Part shown: positions 1 to 9,701 of the stretch, in pieces | How the letters are laid out: each line of letters begins with the position of its first letter | How positions within the stretch are numbered: the first letter of the stretch is position 1 | Assembly: GCA_041665465.1 (NCBI GenBank) | Contig: JBAYIU010000001.1 | Location: 985,332-1,049,331, forward strand | Source of the DNA: Candidatus Woesearchaeota archaeon | Lineage (GTDB): Archaea; Nanobdellota; Nanobdellia; Woesearchaeales; GW2011-AR9 | Direction: 5' to 3' | DNA: 64,000 bases | Translations under genes and position numbers: made by a program | The notes under the pieces: generated by a model | Database searches by the model: none | What the model was told of the DNA's origin: nothing | What the model saw: only the letters and a program-made list of their open reading frames with translations

Positions 1-138
1 CCAGGATTAAAGTTAGCTAAACCAGTAATGGAGTTTGATGGAGTAAAATATGATCCTAGAGTGAAGCATTGTTTAAGAATCTGGCCTCAGGATAATGATA
101 CGGAAGGTTTCTTTGTCGCCAAAATCAAGAAGAATTAA
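1..138 (+). CDS. C-terminal end of a RsmB/NOP2-family RNA m5C methyltransferase (partial)
   Basis: Frame 1 reads ...KHCLRIWPQDNDTEGFFVAKIKKN*; the RxWP...T-[DE]-GFF-x-A ending is typical of NOL1/NOP2/Sun proteins. Confidence 0.8.
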   Translation, partial: PGLKLAKPVMEFDGVKYDPRVKHCLRIWPQDNDTEGFFVAKIKKN

Positions 139-1103
139 AGCAGCTGCGTTAAATCTAGTTCTCCTTTTGGTTCTTCATAAATCATCAAGATTTCATAGCT
201 TCGAATTATTTCTGACATGTCCTCTTTCATCTTTTTGAGCAATTGGTTGATTTTCTCATAACTTTCCACATCCATCTCTAATTCTAACATCCAAGGTCCG
301 ATTTTTCTTTCGTAATGGAAAACATTACCTAATTGTCGACAATATTCTTTTAATCTGGCGTCTTTATCTTTGTTCATCTCTTTGACATAAAGAATAACTT
401 TATAGAAACTATAACCCATCTTGCTTACATCTAAATGTGGCCTGAATTTGGTGATTACTTGTTTCTTAATTAAGTCTTTGATCCGATAAGAAACTATTCT
501 TTGGGATAACTTTAATTTACGAGCCAATTCTACGGAACTAATCCTAGCATTAGTGGAGAGTTCCCTAAGAACATTCTTATCCGTCTCATCTAAATTGGAG
601 GGGATTACTTCTTTGGACCAAGTTACTCCTGTTGATGGCTTATTTAAGAAATAACCACGAGAGAAAATTTCTACTTCCACATGGGCTGCCAAGCTTTGAT
701 TTAAGATGTACTTTCCAAATTTAGAATTAAACTCCGTAACGGTATTATAAAACCCCTTTACATCTTTTACTCCAATACTGTAGATTAAGTTCCATTTTCC
801 GGTAGTTTTGGCTGTCCACCAAACTTTCTTATTCTTTTGCAAGTAATCGATAACTTCTTTCTCTTTTTCTGAAGTTAGGTCTTGAAATTCTAAATAAACA
901 TTCCAAATCATTAAACCCAGCTTACCGGCATCTAACAAAGTCACAAAATTTTTGATAATTCTGCGCTCTTGCATTCTCTTAATCCTAAATTCAATGACGT
1001 TACGGTTATGTCTCAGTTTCTTGGCTAAGAGGGTTAACGGTTGCCTAGCATCAATTTCTAGTTCGTAAAGAATCTTCCGATCCAATAAATCTAATTTATA
1101 CAT
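135..1103 (-). CDS. Tandem (two-unit) Lrp/AsnC family transcriptional regulator
   Basis: Two Lrp HTH+RAM units: LDLLDRKILYELEIDAR... and LDETDKNVLRELSTNAR... Confidence 0.9.
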   Translation of the reverse strand: MYKLDLLDRKILYELEIDARQPLTLLAKKLRHNRNVIEFRIKRMQERRIIKNFVTLLDAGKLGLMIWNVYLEFQDLTSEKEKEVIDYLQKNKKVWWTAKTTGKWNLIYSIGVKDVKGFYNTVTEFNSKFGKYILNQSLAAHVEVEIFSRGYFLNKPSTGVTWSKEVIPSNLDETDKNVLRELSTNARISSVELARKLKLSQRIVSYRIKDLIKKQVITKFRPHLDVSKMGYSFYKVILYVKEMNKDKDARLKEYCRQLGNVFHYERKIGPWMLELEMDVESYEKINQLLKKMKEDMSEIIRSYEILMIYEEPKGELDLTQLL

Positions 1104-1236
1104 AAATATTGTAATAATCTGCTTATTTTATAAATATTTTGTTATTAATTACGATATATTAATCGATTATCTTATATATCTGTTTAATGTTAAGAAGGTT
1201 AATTTGTGGTTTCTAGGATGTTTGGAGATGATTAAA

Positions 1237-2007
1237 ATGAATCGATACAATCAATTAGTGCACGCCTTTGGTAAGGCTCTTGAACTAGGGACAGAAATAA
1301 TTACCTTATCTGAGATTCCAGCAACCTTTAAAGAAGTACATAAAGCAAGAGTTGACCATTTCTCTAATCCCGGTATAGCTGCAACATTTGAATTAAATGA
1401 TCTTAATGATCACAAAATTTATCCCGTATTTAATCTAAGTAAAATCGGTCACACCCCCTATTTTCCTCGCGGAGAAAGTATGGATTTATTTGAATCAACT
1501 AATGGAATGGTTATTAATGTTGGTGGAGTCTGGTCGTTAGATCTTTCTTTATGCAGTTCAAGTAATCAAATTTTAGAAGATTGTTATCCACACCACTCCA
1601 AAGACGATTATGGTCAGAAAGATTGGCCAGATTTACGAGCTAGAATTAGGCTACAACGACTGACTTGTTTTGAACCGGAAGAAGCTAGAGATTCTACTGC
1701 AGATTCTGGCTTAATTGAGAACATACTTAAGAGATCAGAGGAAGAAGGAATTTATGGAGATACTTTTAGATATAGATATAATCTCCAACGAAGAGGAATA
1801 CTTTTAGAAGCAGTCCTACCCGAAAAAACCAGTTCTGCTGAAATTCGAAGGTATGCTGATTTCTTTAAGTGGGCTGATGGAGAGATCTTAAATTATCTAA
1901 AAGATAAAGCTCCTCAGGATTTGTCTATTCTTAAAAAACATGTCCGATCGAGACATTCCCGAAATCTTAAAGAAATCGAAAGAATGAGAATAGAGGGTTT
2001 ATTGTAA
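1237..2007 (+). CDS. Hypothetical protein
   Basis: Long ORF; ATG at 1237 preceded by GGAGATGA SD-like motif; no motif recognised. Confidence 0.6.
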   Translation: MNRYNQLVHAFGKALELGTEIITLSEIPATFKEVHKARVDHFSNPGIAATFELNDLNDHKIYPVFNLSKIGHTPYFPRGESMDLFESTNGMVINVGGVWSLDLSLCSSSNQILEDCYPHHSKDDYGQKDWPDLRARIRLQRLTCFEPEEARDSTADSGLIENILKRSEEEGIYGDTFRYRYNLQRRGILLEAVLPEKTSSAEIRRYADFFKWADGEILNYLKDKAPQDLSILKKHVRSRHSRNLKEIERMRIEGLL

Positions 2008-2012
2008 TTGAT

Positions 2013-2606
2013 TTATATTTTTTCTATTATTTCCTTCAAATCTTCTTCTTTTTCAAAATCTAACTTCTCTCTATCTATAATAATCAATCGATCTCCAAAC
2101 TTCTTCTTAGTAAAGATTCTCTCATACTCTTTAGCTAGGAATAAATTTTTCTTAACTATTTCTTCGTTTTCAAAAGAACGATCTCTTTTCTTCATCTGTT
2201 TTACTATTTTATCTTCAGAAGCTTTTAACATAATAATCTTATCCGGCAATTGAAGATTCTTTTTGTTTTCTTCAAGGATTTTCATTGCTTCTTTTCTTTC
2301 TGTATCCTCTCGGACAAATTCTAAATAACATTCGTCAATCATCCAGAAAGTATCTAAAATAACAGTTTTACCTGTTTCTTTTAACTTCTGTGCTTCTTTC
2401 ATTTCTTTAATTAGTTTATTCGTAAACCAGATAAATAACTTTAAATCACAGTAATAATCCCCTAACTTATCTAACACTTCTTTAGGGAAATCTTCTACTT
2501 CTCCTTCTAAAAATAACTGGGCATTCAATCTCGGAGCTAGTTTTCTGGCTAAAAATGATTTACCGCTTCCTGGAGCTCCGATAATCGTTATAATCTTTCC
2601 TAGCAT
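2013..2606 (-). CDS. Deoxynucleoside kinase / P-loop NMP kinase family protein
   Basis: N-terminal GAPGSGKS, PDKIIML and KRDRSFE lid motifs like the dNK family. Confidence 0.8.
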   Translation of the reverse strand: MLGKIITIIGAPGSGKSFLARKLAPRLNAQLFLEGEVEDFPKEVLDKLGDYYCDLKLFIWFTNKLIKEMKEAQKLKETGKTVILDTFWMIDECYLEFVREDTERKEAMKILEENKKNLQLPDKIIMLKASEDKIVKQMKKRDRSFENEEIVKKNLFLAKEYERIFTKKKFGDRLIIIDREKLDFEKEEDLKEIIEKI

Positions 2607-2637
2607 AAGAACTTAAAATTAATCTTAATAAATAAAC

Positions 2638-3204
2638 TTATCTCTCTTTAATTGATCCAGAGACTAAATCTATGATCTTAGAAGGGTTACTGATCTTCTC
2701 TCCTTCATAAATCGCAAATTCGGTACTTAATTGTACCGATGAATCCAGATTTTCTAATTTTGTCATGGCTTTCTTACCACAAGGATTAGCAGAAGTAGTA
2801 ACTAAAGGAAAATTTAATACTTTTATGGCTTGAGAAAGCCAATGTTCAGGCATACGCACTCCGATAGTATCTTTACCCAGATTCACTCCTTTAGCTATCG
2901 CTTTTTTATTCTTTAATTTAAGAACTAATGTGTAAGGGCCGGGAAGTTTTTCTAACCATGCTTCTGCTTTCTTATCTACTATACAATTCTCTTTGATCCA
3001 TTCTACCGAAGGGGCCCATACTGAGAAAGGGATCTCTTCATTCTGTTTAATCTCTCTTATTTTCTTAACTGCTTTATCATCTAAAGCATTACATCCTAAT
3101 CCGTAAATGGTATCGGTGGGATGAATAAATAATGTTCCTCGTTCAATTTTCTGGGCAATTTCCTCAAAGCGTAATTGTAATTCTGATTTGGTTAATATCT
3201 CCAT
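2638..3204 (-). CDS. tsaC: Threonylcarbamoyl-AMP synthase (TsaC/YrdC domain only)
   Basis: PTDTIYGLGC, LPGPYT, GVRMP, TTSAN motifs. Confidence 0.9.
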   Translation of the reverse strand: MEILTKSELQLRFEEIAQKIERGTLFIHPTDTIYGLGCNALDDKAVKKIREIKQNEEIPFSVWAPSVEWIKENCIVDKKAEAWLEKLPGPYTLVLKLKNKKAIAKGVNLGKDTIGVRMPEHWLSQAIKVLNFPLVTTSANPCGKKAMTKLENLDSSVQLSTEFAIYEGEKISNPSKIIDLVSGSIKER

Positions 3205-3308
3205 AAACCGAAAAGGGAAGGATGCGGTTTATATGCTTTACGCATATACAGTAAATTGAACCGCCTTTGCACCCCCTTCCTTCCCTTTAACCGGAGGGTA
3301 GAGATGGT

Positions 3309-3443
3309 TTAATAGGCTTGGCACTGTTCCAAATAGTGTTCAGTTAAACTCTGTCTGAGGTCAGCGATGGAAATATAATATCGGTCGTAAGATAACATCT
3401 CATACTTCTTCAACAAATGGTTTATTCTGTTTTTAAATCTCAT
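3309..3443 (-). CDS. Small hypothetical protein (44 aa)
   Basis: MRFKNRINHLLKKYEMLSYDRYYISIADLRQSLTEHYLEQCQAY; ATGA overlap with the stop of the upstream small ORF. Confidence 0.45.
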   Translation of the reverse strand: MRFKNRINHLLKKYEMLSYDRYYISIADLRQSLTEHYLEQCQAY

Positions 3444-3565
3444 CTTATCCAACCCCCGCTTAGTTGATAGTCAAAGGTGCTTTCTTTGCTTAAGGTACGC
3501 GTAGTCAGCGACTGTACTTGTTGCTGGAACAAGTTTCGTATCGTTTCGGTAGACAAATCAACCAT
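3440..3565 (-). CDS. Small hypothetical protein (41 aa)
   Basis: ATG at 3565 preceded by strong GAGGAGGT SD and a TATATAAA box ~50 nt upstream; the longer 102-aa ORF call probably over-extends the start. Confidence 0.5.
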   Translation of the reverse strand: MVDLSTETIRNLFQQQVQSLTTRTLSKESTFDYQLSGGWIR

Positions 3566-3780
3566 GTGGGGATACCTCCTCTTTTTTATGAAATGTAAGG
3601 GGGAAAGGTCCTTTATATAGTCTAGCCGGGGTTGTCCAGTGCGGGAGTGGCTTATAAATGAGCCAGATTTTATCGTCGCTAAAGCCACTGGACAAACGGG
3701 GTGTTTTTCTTGTCCAATGGGTTTGTAATAATAAGCTTTAAATACCAAAAACTTATCCTTATCTCAAAAGAGGTTTAAAT

Positions 3781-4155
3781 ATGATCAATTCATCTCCTAC
3801 TCAATCAGCTTCTGTTCAACCTGCTTCCACTTCTCAAGCTGGACCGAGTGTTTATGAAGAAAAGTTTCATTCTGAATTCTCGGTAGTTTCCTTTATATGT
3901 GGTATTTTGGGATTAATTTTACCTTTATTCAGTACCATGGCCATAATCTTTGGGATTGCTGGACTGATGCAGACTCATCGAGAAGGAATGAAAGGAAGAT
4001 GGATGGCAGCAGTAGGAATTGTTTTAGGGATCTTTGGGATGATTTTAATTATTGTAGCAATTTTGTTTGGGTTTAGCTTCTTAGAAACTTACTTGTTACG
4101 TTTTGGTGGAATCGATACCTTAATCGGCAAAGCACATGCTTATGTAAATAGGTAG
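3781..4155 (+). CDS. DUF4190-like membrane protein
   Basis: SFICGILG...AIIFGIAGL...GRWMAAVGIVLG pattern, hydrophobic helices. Confidence 0.75.
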   Translation: MINSSPTQSASVQPASTSQAGPSVYEEKFHSEFSVVSFICGILGLILPLFSTMAIIFGIAGLMQTHREGMKGRWMAAVGIVLGIFGMILIIVAILFGFSFLETYLLRFGGIDTLIGKAHAYVNR

Positions 4156-4159
4156 AAAT

Positions 4160-4915
4160 CTATTCTGGGATTGGAATAGAATATCTTGCACACATACCTT
4201 TAAGATATTCTGGGCCGTTAATATTTACTCCTGGTTCTGGAGAGAAACTCCAAGTTCCAAGGTGTAATCCACAACTTAAAGCATCTTTTAACATAAAATC
4301 AGGAACTTGTGGGGGTTTATTGTAATAAATATTTTTAACCACCTCTCCTTTCGCTGCTGGATCAACCAGTTCTATCTTACCTAGCAGATGAGCTGCTTGG
4401 AGATAACTTTTTAGTTGGGATCTTCCAACAAAAGGAAGAACTTCTACACCTATTCTTACCTCAAAAGATCTTCTCTCATCTTGATAACATTCAGTTAAAG
4501 TGCCGAATACGTCGTTTGTAACAAAAGGAATCTCTTCCCAAGGAAGAGGTAATTTTTCTTCATATCTGCTTATTTCCGTTTTGAACCACTTCCAACTAGC
4601 ATATCCTGAAGTGGGAAACAATAATGCTTCTTCAGGGGTTACTTCTAAATTCCCTTCAGTTAAGAAACCAAGACGATATATCTCTTCAACCGTAGTGGGA
4701 GAGTCAGCTATATCTCCTCTTCCTATCTGGCCAATTCTAGGAAGAAAATCTTTACAACGAATCAACATCGGTTCTCCTTGATGCGCAGTTAGAATTTCAT
4801 TAATCTTATTGGTAACTAAACGTTCTGGGCTTCCGATATCTTTAGTTTGGACATAAGCCATCCACAATAGGTTTTCTAAACTGAGCTTTCTTCCGCTACC
4901 TACTTCAACGATCAT
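4160..4915 (-). CDS. Hypothetical protein
   Basis: 251-aa ORF, no motif recognised. Confidence 0.6.
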   Translation of the reverse strand: MIVEVGSGRKLSLENLLWMAYVQTKDIGSPERLVTNKINEILTAHQGEPMLIRCKDFLPRIGQIGRGDIADSPTTVEEIYRLGFLTEGNLEVTPEEALLFPTSGYASWKWFKTEISRYEEKLPLPWEEIPFVTNDVFGTLTECYQDERRSFEVRIGVEVLPFVGRSQLKSYLQAAHLLGKIELVDPAAKGEVVKNIYYNKPPQVPDFMLKDALSCGLHLGTWSFSPEPGVNINGPEYLKGMCARYSIPIPE

Positions 4916-5017
4916 ATCTTCGGATAAGAAGTTTATGCTTATAAGGATTTATATTTTGAAGGATAAGAGTAATAAAGAATACAAATATTTTTATTCTAAG
5001 ATTTTTAGGATTACTTC

Positions 5018-5686
5018 ATGTATAATTCGATTATCTTTGATTTTGATGACACTTTGGCTGAAGGACAAACTTGTTTTGCTGCTACGACCACTCTGGCTGC
5101 CCAGAGATTGGGATTGAGAGCACCTACTGAAGTGGAAATGAAATACTTCGGATCTTCTTGGGATGATTTTATTAATCGGAACTGGCCAAGATTAGAATGG
5201 CCAGAATTAGAACCAGAAAATTTTAAAAGAGAATATTTTAAAGTCGCGAAAGAAGTGGGTTGTTCCAGTTTACCAGGAGTGATTGAAGCTTTAGGTGAAA
5301 TAAGATTGGACAGAGAAATGTACATTCTTAGCAAAAAAGCTAAAGAAATGATGAGTCTAAGATTAGGACAAACCGGGATTAATCCGGAATGGTTTAAAGG
5401 GGTATATTGTAATGAAGATACTTTCTATAAAAAACCAGATCCGAGAACTTATCAAGAATTGTTTCAAGAAATGCAAAGAAGAGGTTATTTTAATCTAAAT
5501 CAGATCTTAGCAATAGGAGATCATCCTGACGATTATCTTGCTGCTCATGGTGCAGGGATTAAGTTTGTAGGAGTTCTTACCGGGATTTATGATAGGGATG
5601 ATTTCTCTCAGCACGGACTATCTCCTGAAGAAGTTATTGAATCAGTAGCTTCTTTACCAGAATATCTTAAAAGAATAGAAGAATAA
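5018..5686 (+). CDS. HAD-superfamily hydrolase
   Basis: FDFDDTL motif I, KKPDP, IGDHPDD. Confidence 0.9.
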   Translation: MYNSIIFDFDDTLAEGQTCFAATTTLAAQRLGLRAPTEVEMKYFGSSWDDFINRNWPRLEWPELEPENFKREYFKVAKEVGCSSLPGVIEALGEIRLDREMYILSKKAKEMMSLRLGQTGINPEWFKGVYCNEDTFYKKPDPRTYQELFQEMQRRGYFNLNQILAIGDHPDDYLAAHGAGIKFVGVLTGIYDRDDFSQHGLSPEEVIESVASLPEYLKRIEE

Positions 5687-5687
5687 A

Positions 5688-6065
5688 TTAAACTAAAACA
5701 CCACTTAAGGTGCCTTCTTGACCAGGACGAGAAGTTACTTTAACTTTTCCTAACTTGGTCTCAACAATAGCTCCTTTAGTGATAATGTTACGGATAACCA
5801 GTTGAACATTGGCAGGATTTCCTACTACATTCAAAATCTCGGTTTTAGTAGTCTTACCTTTCTTATCAGTAACATTAATTAAATTGGTAGAAAGAGTGAC
5901 TTGTTTTCTTTTTCCGCCCATTCCTCGAGCTGAAACAACTTTTCTAGTTTTGCTTAATTTAGTACTAGCTGGGAACCCGCCCAGTTCGCCTTTAATCTTA
6001 GATCGGGAATAATGATATCTTCCACCGCTAGCTTTTCTTACGGATCTTCGTTGTGAGTTTGCCAT
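5688..6065 (-). CDS. rps8e: 30S ribosomal protein S8e
   Basis: RKASGGR, RGMGG, NPAN...RNIITKGAIVET...VTSRPGQEG. Confidence 0.97.
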   Translation of the reverse strand: MANSQRRSVRKASGGRYHYSRSKIKGELGGFPASTKLSKTRKVVSARGMGGKRKQVTLSTNLINVTDKKGKTTKTEILNVVGNPANVQLVIRNIITKGAIVETKLGKVKVTSRPGQEGTLSGVLV

Positions 6066-6112
6066 TTTAGAGCTTATTTTGAAGGGGTATTTAAAAACCT
6101 TTTGTTTGGGGT

Positions 6113-6850
6113 TTAATGCTTCTTAATCTTTCCCGTCTGCCAGTCTTTCAGAATCATACGAGAAACTGTGTCTTCATCAACGATTCCGCCCGGTAAAAGC
6201 TTATTGGTCTTAATCCCAATATCCTCCAAAACCTCTTCCGGATCTTCTTTTTCTTGCACTCCATAATACTGGCATATGTCAAAGGTATTCTCCTTAATTA
6301 ATCTTAAAACGGCCATTCCTGGCTCTTTTACTTTACTGTAATCAATCGCTCCGGTAAAAGCATGTTTTTCTTCATTTTTCTCCATGTCAGGGAAGACCCC
6401 TGGGGTGTCTAATAAGATAATTTTATCACTTACCTTGACTTTCTGAATCCCATGTGTAAATCCACTACTACAAGAAGTTCGGGCCGATTTACGTCCTGAA
6501 ATGCCGTTAATAACTGAAGATTTTCCCACGTTAGGATATCCAACTACTCCCACTACGGTTGGTTCTCCGCGAGAGATCTCTAAGATTTTCTTTTTTAACA
6601 GGGTTGTTCCCAACCTTTGGGTACTAGAGACGAACACGCTGGGTTGAAGTTCTTTATGCGCTTGGTCAATAGTTTTCTTATCCGCTAAATCACATTTATT
6701 GATCACATAAATTATCTTCTTTCCGTACTTCTCAATCTTACGCTCAATCTCAGGATTACGGGTTTTGGCGATCATTCTTGCATCTAATACTTCTAGAACA
6801 ATATCTGCATTCTTGATTACCTTATTAACGCTGTTCCAAAAATCGGTCAT
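6113..6850 (-). CDS. Circularly permuted GTPase, YlqF/RbgA family (ribosome biogenesis)
   Basis: G4-G1-G3 order: NKCD, GYPNVGKSS, DTPG; EVLDAR. Confidence 0.92.
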   Translation of the reverse strand: MTDFWNSVNKVIKNADIVLEVLDARMIAKTRNPEIERKIEKYGKKIIYVINKCDLADKKTIDQAHKELQPSVFVSSTQRLGTTLLKKKILEISRGEPTVVGVVGYPNVGKSSVINGISGRKSARTSCSSGFTHGIQKVKVSDKIILLDTPGVFPDMEKNEEKHAFTGAIDYSKVKEPGMAVLRLIKENTFDICQYYGVQEKEDPEEVLEDIGIKTNKLLPGGIVDEDTVSRMILKDWQTGKIKKH

Positions 6851-6928
6851 AAGAAGAAAATATCTACTGCGCTATATATAACTTACTCCCCAGAAAATCT
6901 TTTAAACTAGAGGAGATTATAGATAAAT

Positions 6929-7222
6929 ATGACTTTCTCCAAATCATTCGCCAGAACCTTGTCTGGAACAACTTATCCTGTATGGGAAGAAGTAGTGCTT
7001 ACTACAGAAGAAGAGAAAGAAGTAGAAGAGAAGTGCAAGCAAGAGAATTTCTATCTAATGGATGAATGTTTAAAAGAAGCTAAAAATCTAGCTATTAAGA
7101 ATAGTGTCAATGATGATCGCAACTTAGTAAGCTTGGCTATAGCTTTGTTTGAGAAAAGAGCTTCTCATGTAATCTTCTGGAAAGAATCTAAAGCTAAAGA
7201 AAAATTTGATAATAAAAAATAA
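6929..7222 (+). CDS. Hypothetical protein
   Basis: 97-aa ORF with GAGGAG upstream. Confidence 0.65.
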   Translation: MTFSKSFARTLSGTTYPVWEEVVLTTEEEKEVEEKCKQENFYLMDECLKEAKNLAIKNSVNDDRNLVSLAIALFEKRASHVIFWKESKAKEKFDNKK

Positions 7223-7223
7223 A

Positions 7224-7670
7224 TTATTTCTTCTTTCCGTGCCTTTTCATGAAAGATTCAAAACGTTGTACTTCTTTCTTAGTATTGAAGAATAAAGAAT
7301 GTTTTTTACCTTTATGGGTTAGGATGTACCCTCCCAAAAAAGTATGGTCCAACTTATGTTGTTTAATATCTTTAAAGTGGACTTTATGTTTTACACTTCC
7401 AAAACGATGTTGACGATGAATCTCTAAATGAGAAGGAGTAAGGGTGTATACCTCTTTAACCAATCTAATCTTCTGGACTATAGCTGAAATCAAGAAATAA
7501 AGACTGATGAAGATTACGGTGAAAAGAATGGCCAGATACCATCTTTGATCGAAATCGTAATATGAAAAGATGAAAACAATAGCTGCGATAATCGCTAAGA
7601 AAACTAATTCTAAGCGTAATAAAGTGAAATCCTTATCCGGGAATTTCCAAGACAGTTTTTGTTGAACCAT
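7224..7670 (-). CDS. Two-TM membrane protein with basic soluble C-terminal domain
   Basis: Two hydrophobic helices followed by a beta-rich basic tail; GAGGT SD. Confidence 0.65.
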   Translation of the reverse strand: MVQQKLSWKFPDKDFTLLRLELVFLAIIAAIVFIFSYYDFDQRWYLAILFTVIFISLYFLISAIVQKIRLVKEVYTLTPSHLEIHRQHRFGSVKHKVHFKDIKQHKLDHTFLGGYILTHKGKKHSLFFNTKKEVQRFESFMKRHGKKK

Positions 7671-7683
7671 TAAATTTACCTCT

Positions 7684-7905
7684 TTATTCGTTTATGACTG
7701 GCGCTTTAGTCATACTTATCACTGAAGCTATGAACATAGCAATGAACACTAAGATGAAAGCTGTTCCCCAATTGATACTCTTTGGATAGACCCAATAAAC
7801 AGAAATCAAGAAACCGATGATAGAAAGGGCCATGAAACTGCTTTTTAAAGGAACTACATGCCAAGGTCTAGGTTTATTCTTCTTAACAGATTTAACTTTA
7901 GACAT
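7684..7905 (-). CDS. Small two-TM membrane protein
   Basis: PLKSSFM then two hydrophobic helices; GAGG SD. Confidence 0.65.
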   Translation of the reverse strand: MSKVKSVKKNKPRPWHVVPLKSSFMALSIIGFLISVYWVYPKSINWGTAFILVFIAMFIASVISMTKAPVINE

Positions 7906-7988
7906 TTTCTTCTATCGCCTCTTTTTATGTTAGAAAGTTCTTCCGGTTTAAAAAGCTTGTGGAGAGCAAAATAGAGGTTGGAATGAAG

Positions 7989-9104
7989 CTATTCCAGTTG
8001 AGATAAGAATTTCTCTACTACTTTCTCTGCTTTCTTTCTTTTTTCCTGATGCTCTTTCAAGAAAGCAGTTACTTTTTCGATGGCAAGTTGTTTAAGTTCT
8101 CCGCTTAACAATTTTCCTGACTTGTAATCCTCATAAATCTTCTGCAATGTTTTGTCATCCGGTTCGAACCCATATTTAAGTATTTGGAAAGCTACGTCCA
8201 CCTCAGGGTTTCCACCCAGTTTACGATGTTCCTCAATTGTAGCTTGGCCTCCAGAGAAGGCATATTTCTTGATTTTCTTAGTGGCTTCTTCTGGAGTGTC
8301 CGTTAAAGCAATATAAGAAGTGGGATCAGAAGAAGACATTTTCCCTCCTCCTAATCCGGGTAGGAATTGATGGCAAGTAGAACTGATCTGAACAAATTTA
8401 TGTTCTTTAATTCTCTGGGAAATGTCTCGAGCTAAACGGATATGTGGATCTTGGTCTGCTCCTACTGGAATGATTACCGGTAAAGGTCCTTCAAATTCGG
8501 GCAACTGAGCATGAAGCATATCTGATGCTTGTAACAGGGCTGAACTCATCTTACCGGGGGAAATCTGGCCGTAGATTGCTGAAAATTCGTTAAACGTAGC
8601 GTGTCTGGAAAGCATTAACGCTAGGCTGTAATAAGCATTAGACTTCTTTCCGTCAGTTGATCGTTGTGATTGAAAATAAAAGTCACATTTCTTAAGGTCT
8701 AATCCCAACGCTACATAATTGGTAAGATATTCTTTAATTGCACATTCACGCAACTCTTTCATGTTTGGATTACGAGAATTATAAGCTTCCACATCTGCGA
8801 CAGTAAGATATACTTTAGCGCCAAGTTTTTGATAGAAGATAATCTGATCTGCGACCATTTTATGTCCAAAGTGCATCTTACCGCTGGGCATTAATCCGGT
8901 CATCATCACAAACGGTTTCTTGTTTTGGATAGCATCTACAATTCTAGCGAAATCTCGATGCGCAAAAATTATTCCTCTTCTGAATAAAGGAAAGGATTGA
9001 AACTCTTCCGGAAGATGATGTAAAGGTTGGAGTCCGAACTCTTTAATCAGTTTATCGTAATCAACTTCTCCTTTAACTTCCCAAGGATTAACTGTAGCTT
9101 GCAT
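7989..9104 (-). CDS. trpS: Tryptophanyl-tRNA synthetase (archaeal type)
   Basis: PWEV, PSGKMHFGH (HIGH), DQDPH, KMSSS, AFSGG. Confidence 0.97.
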   Translation of the reverse strand: MQATVNPWEVKGEVDYDKLIKEFGLQPLHHLPEEFQSFPLFRRGIIFAHRDFARIVDAIQNKKPFVMMTGLMPSGKMHFGHKMVADQIIFYQKLGAKVYLTVADVEAYNSRNPNMKELRECAIKEYLTNYVALGLDLKKCDFYFQSQRSTDGKKSNAYYSLALMLSRHATFNEFSAIYGQISPGKMSSALLQASDMLHAQLPEFEGPLPVIIPVGADQDPHIRLARDISQRIKEHKFVQISSTCHQFLPGLGGGKMSSSDPTSYIALTDTPEEATKKIKKYAFSGGQATIEEHRKLGGNPEVDVAFQILKYGFEPDDKTLQKIYEDYKSGKLLSGELKQLAIEKVTAFLKEHQEKRKKAEKVVEKFLSQLE

Positions 9105-9128
9105 ATCTTAGATTCATCTTTATGAGAT

Positions 9129-9611
9129 TTATATACTTTTCTTGAAACTTTGGGTTCCCCACATCTTTCTGAGAGAGTCAGGAATTTCAATTTCTGCTTG
9201 GGTGAGATAGAGAATTAACTTGCCGAAGTGCAGTTGTTCATGTTGAAATAACCAAGACATCACGTTTAATTTACTACTTTTCTCTCCGAAATATTCAATC
9301 TCTTTGATTTTGGGTTCGCTAATCATTCTTAAAATCTCGGTTCCGGTTTCTTCTAGTGCTTTGAACATCTCTTCTTTACTTAACTTTGAAACCTCTTCAT
9401 CATCTAGGCATTCTGTCTGACCGTTAAGTTTTCCTTGCTTTATCCCCAGAAGATACATTTTCCTGGTAGTTAAAAGACAGGCGAATTCCCAAGAGAAAGA
9501 TCTGAACCTTGGCGAGAAGGGTTTAGTGTGATATGTTTCTTCCGGGATACAGTTCAGTAAGTCTAAGGTGGTTGCGTTGACTTGCTTCCAGGTTTTCAAG
9601 AAATCTATCAT
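9129..9611 (-). CDS. DinB/YfiT-like four-helix protein
   Basis: C-terminal HEQLHFG motif, helical. Confidence 0.7.
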   Translation of the reverse strand: MIDFLKTWKQVNATTLDLLNCIPEETYHTKPFSPRFRSFSWEFACLLTTRKMYLLGIKQGKLNGQTECLDDEEVSKLSKEEMFKALEETGTEILRMISEPKIKEIEYFGEKSSKLNVMSWLFQHEQLHFGKLILYLTQAEIEIPDSLRKMWGTQSFKKSI

Positions 9612-9701
9612 TCTCTTAATCCTGGTTTATTTCTTAATAAAGATATCGAAACGGAAATCTCCCAAAAGCTTTTTAAATCAACATCTTATTTTCTTTTCTA
9701 T

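Noticed and set aside
3632..3720. Firm call of a replication origin
   Set aside because: Only the TCCAGTG core resembles ORBs, with no G-string consensus or adjacent orc1/cdc6; kept only as a possibility
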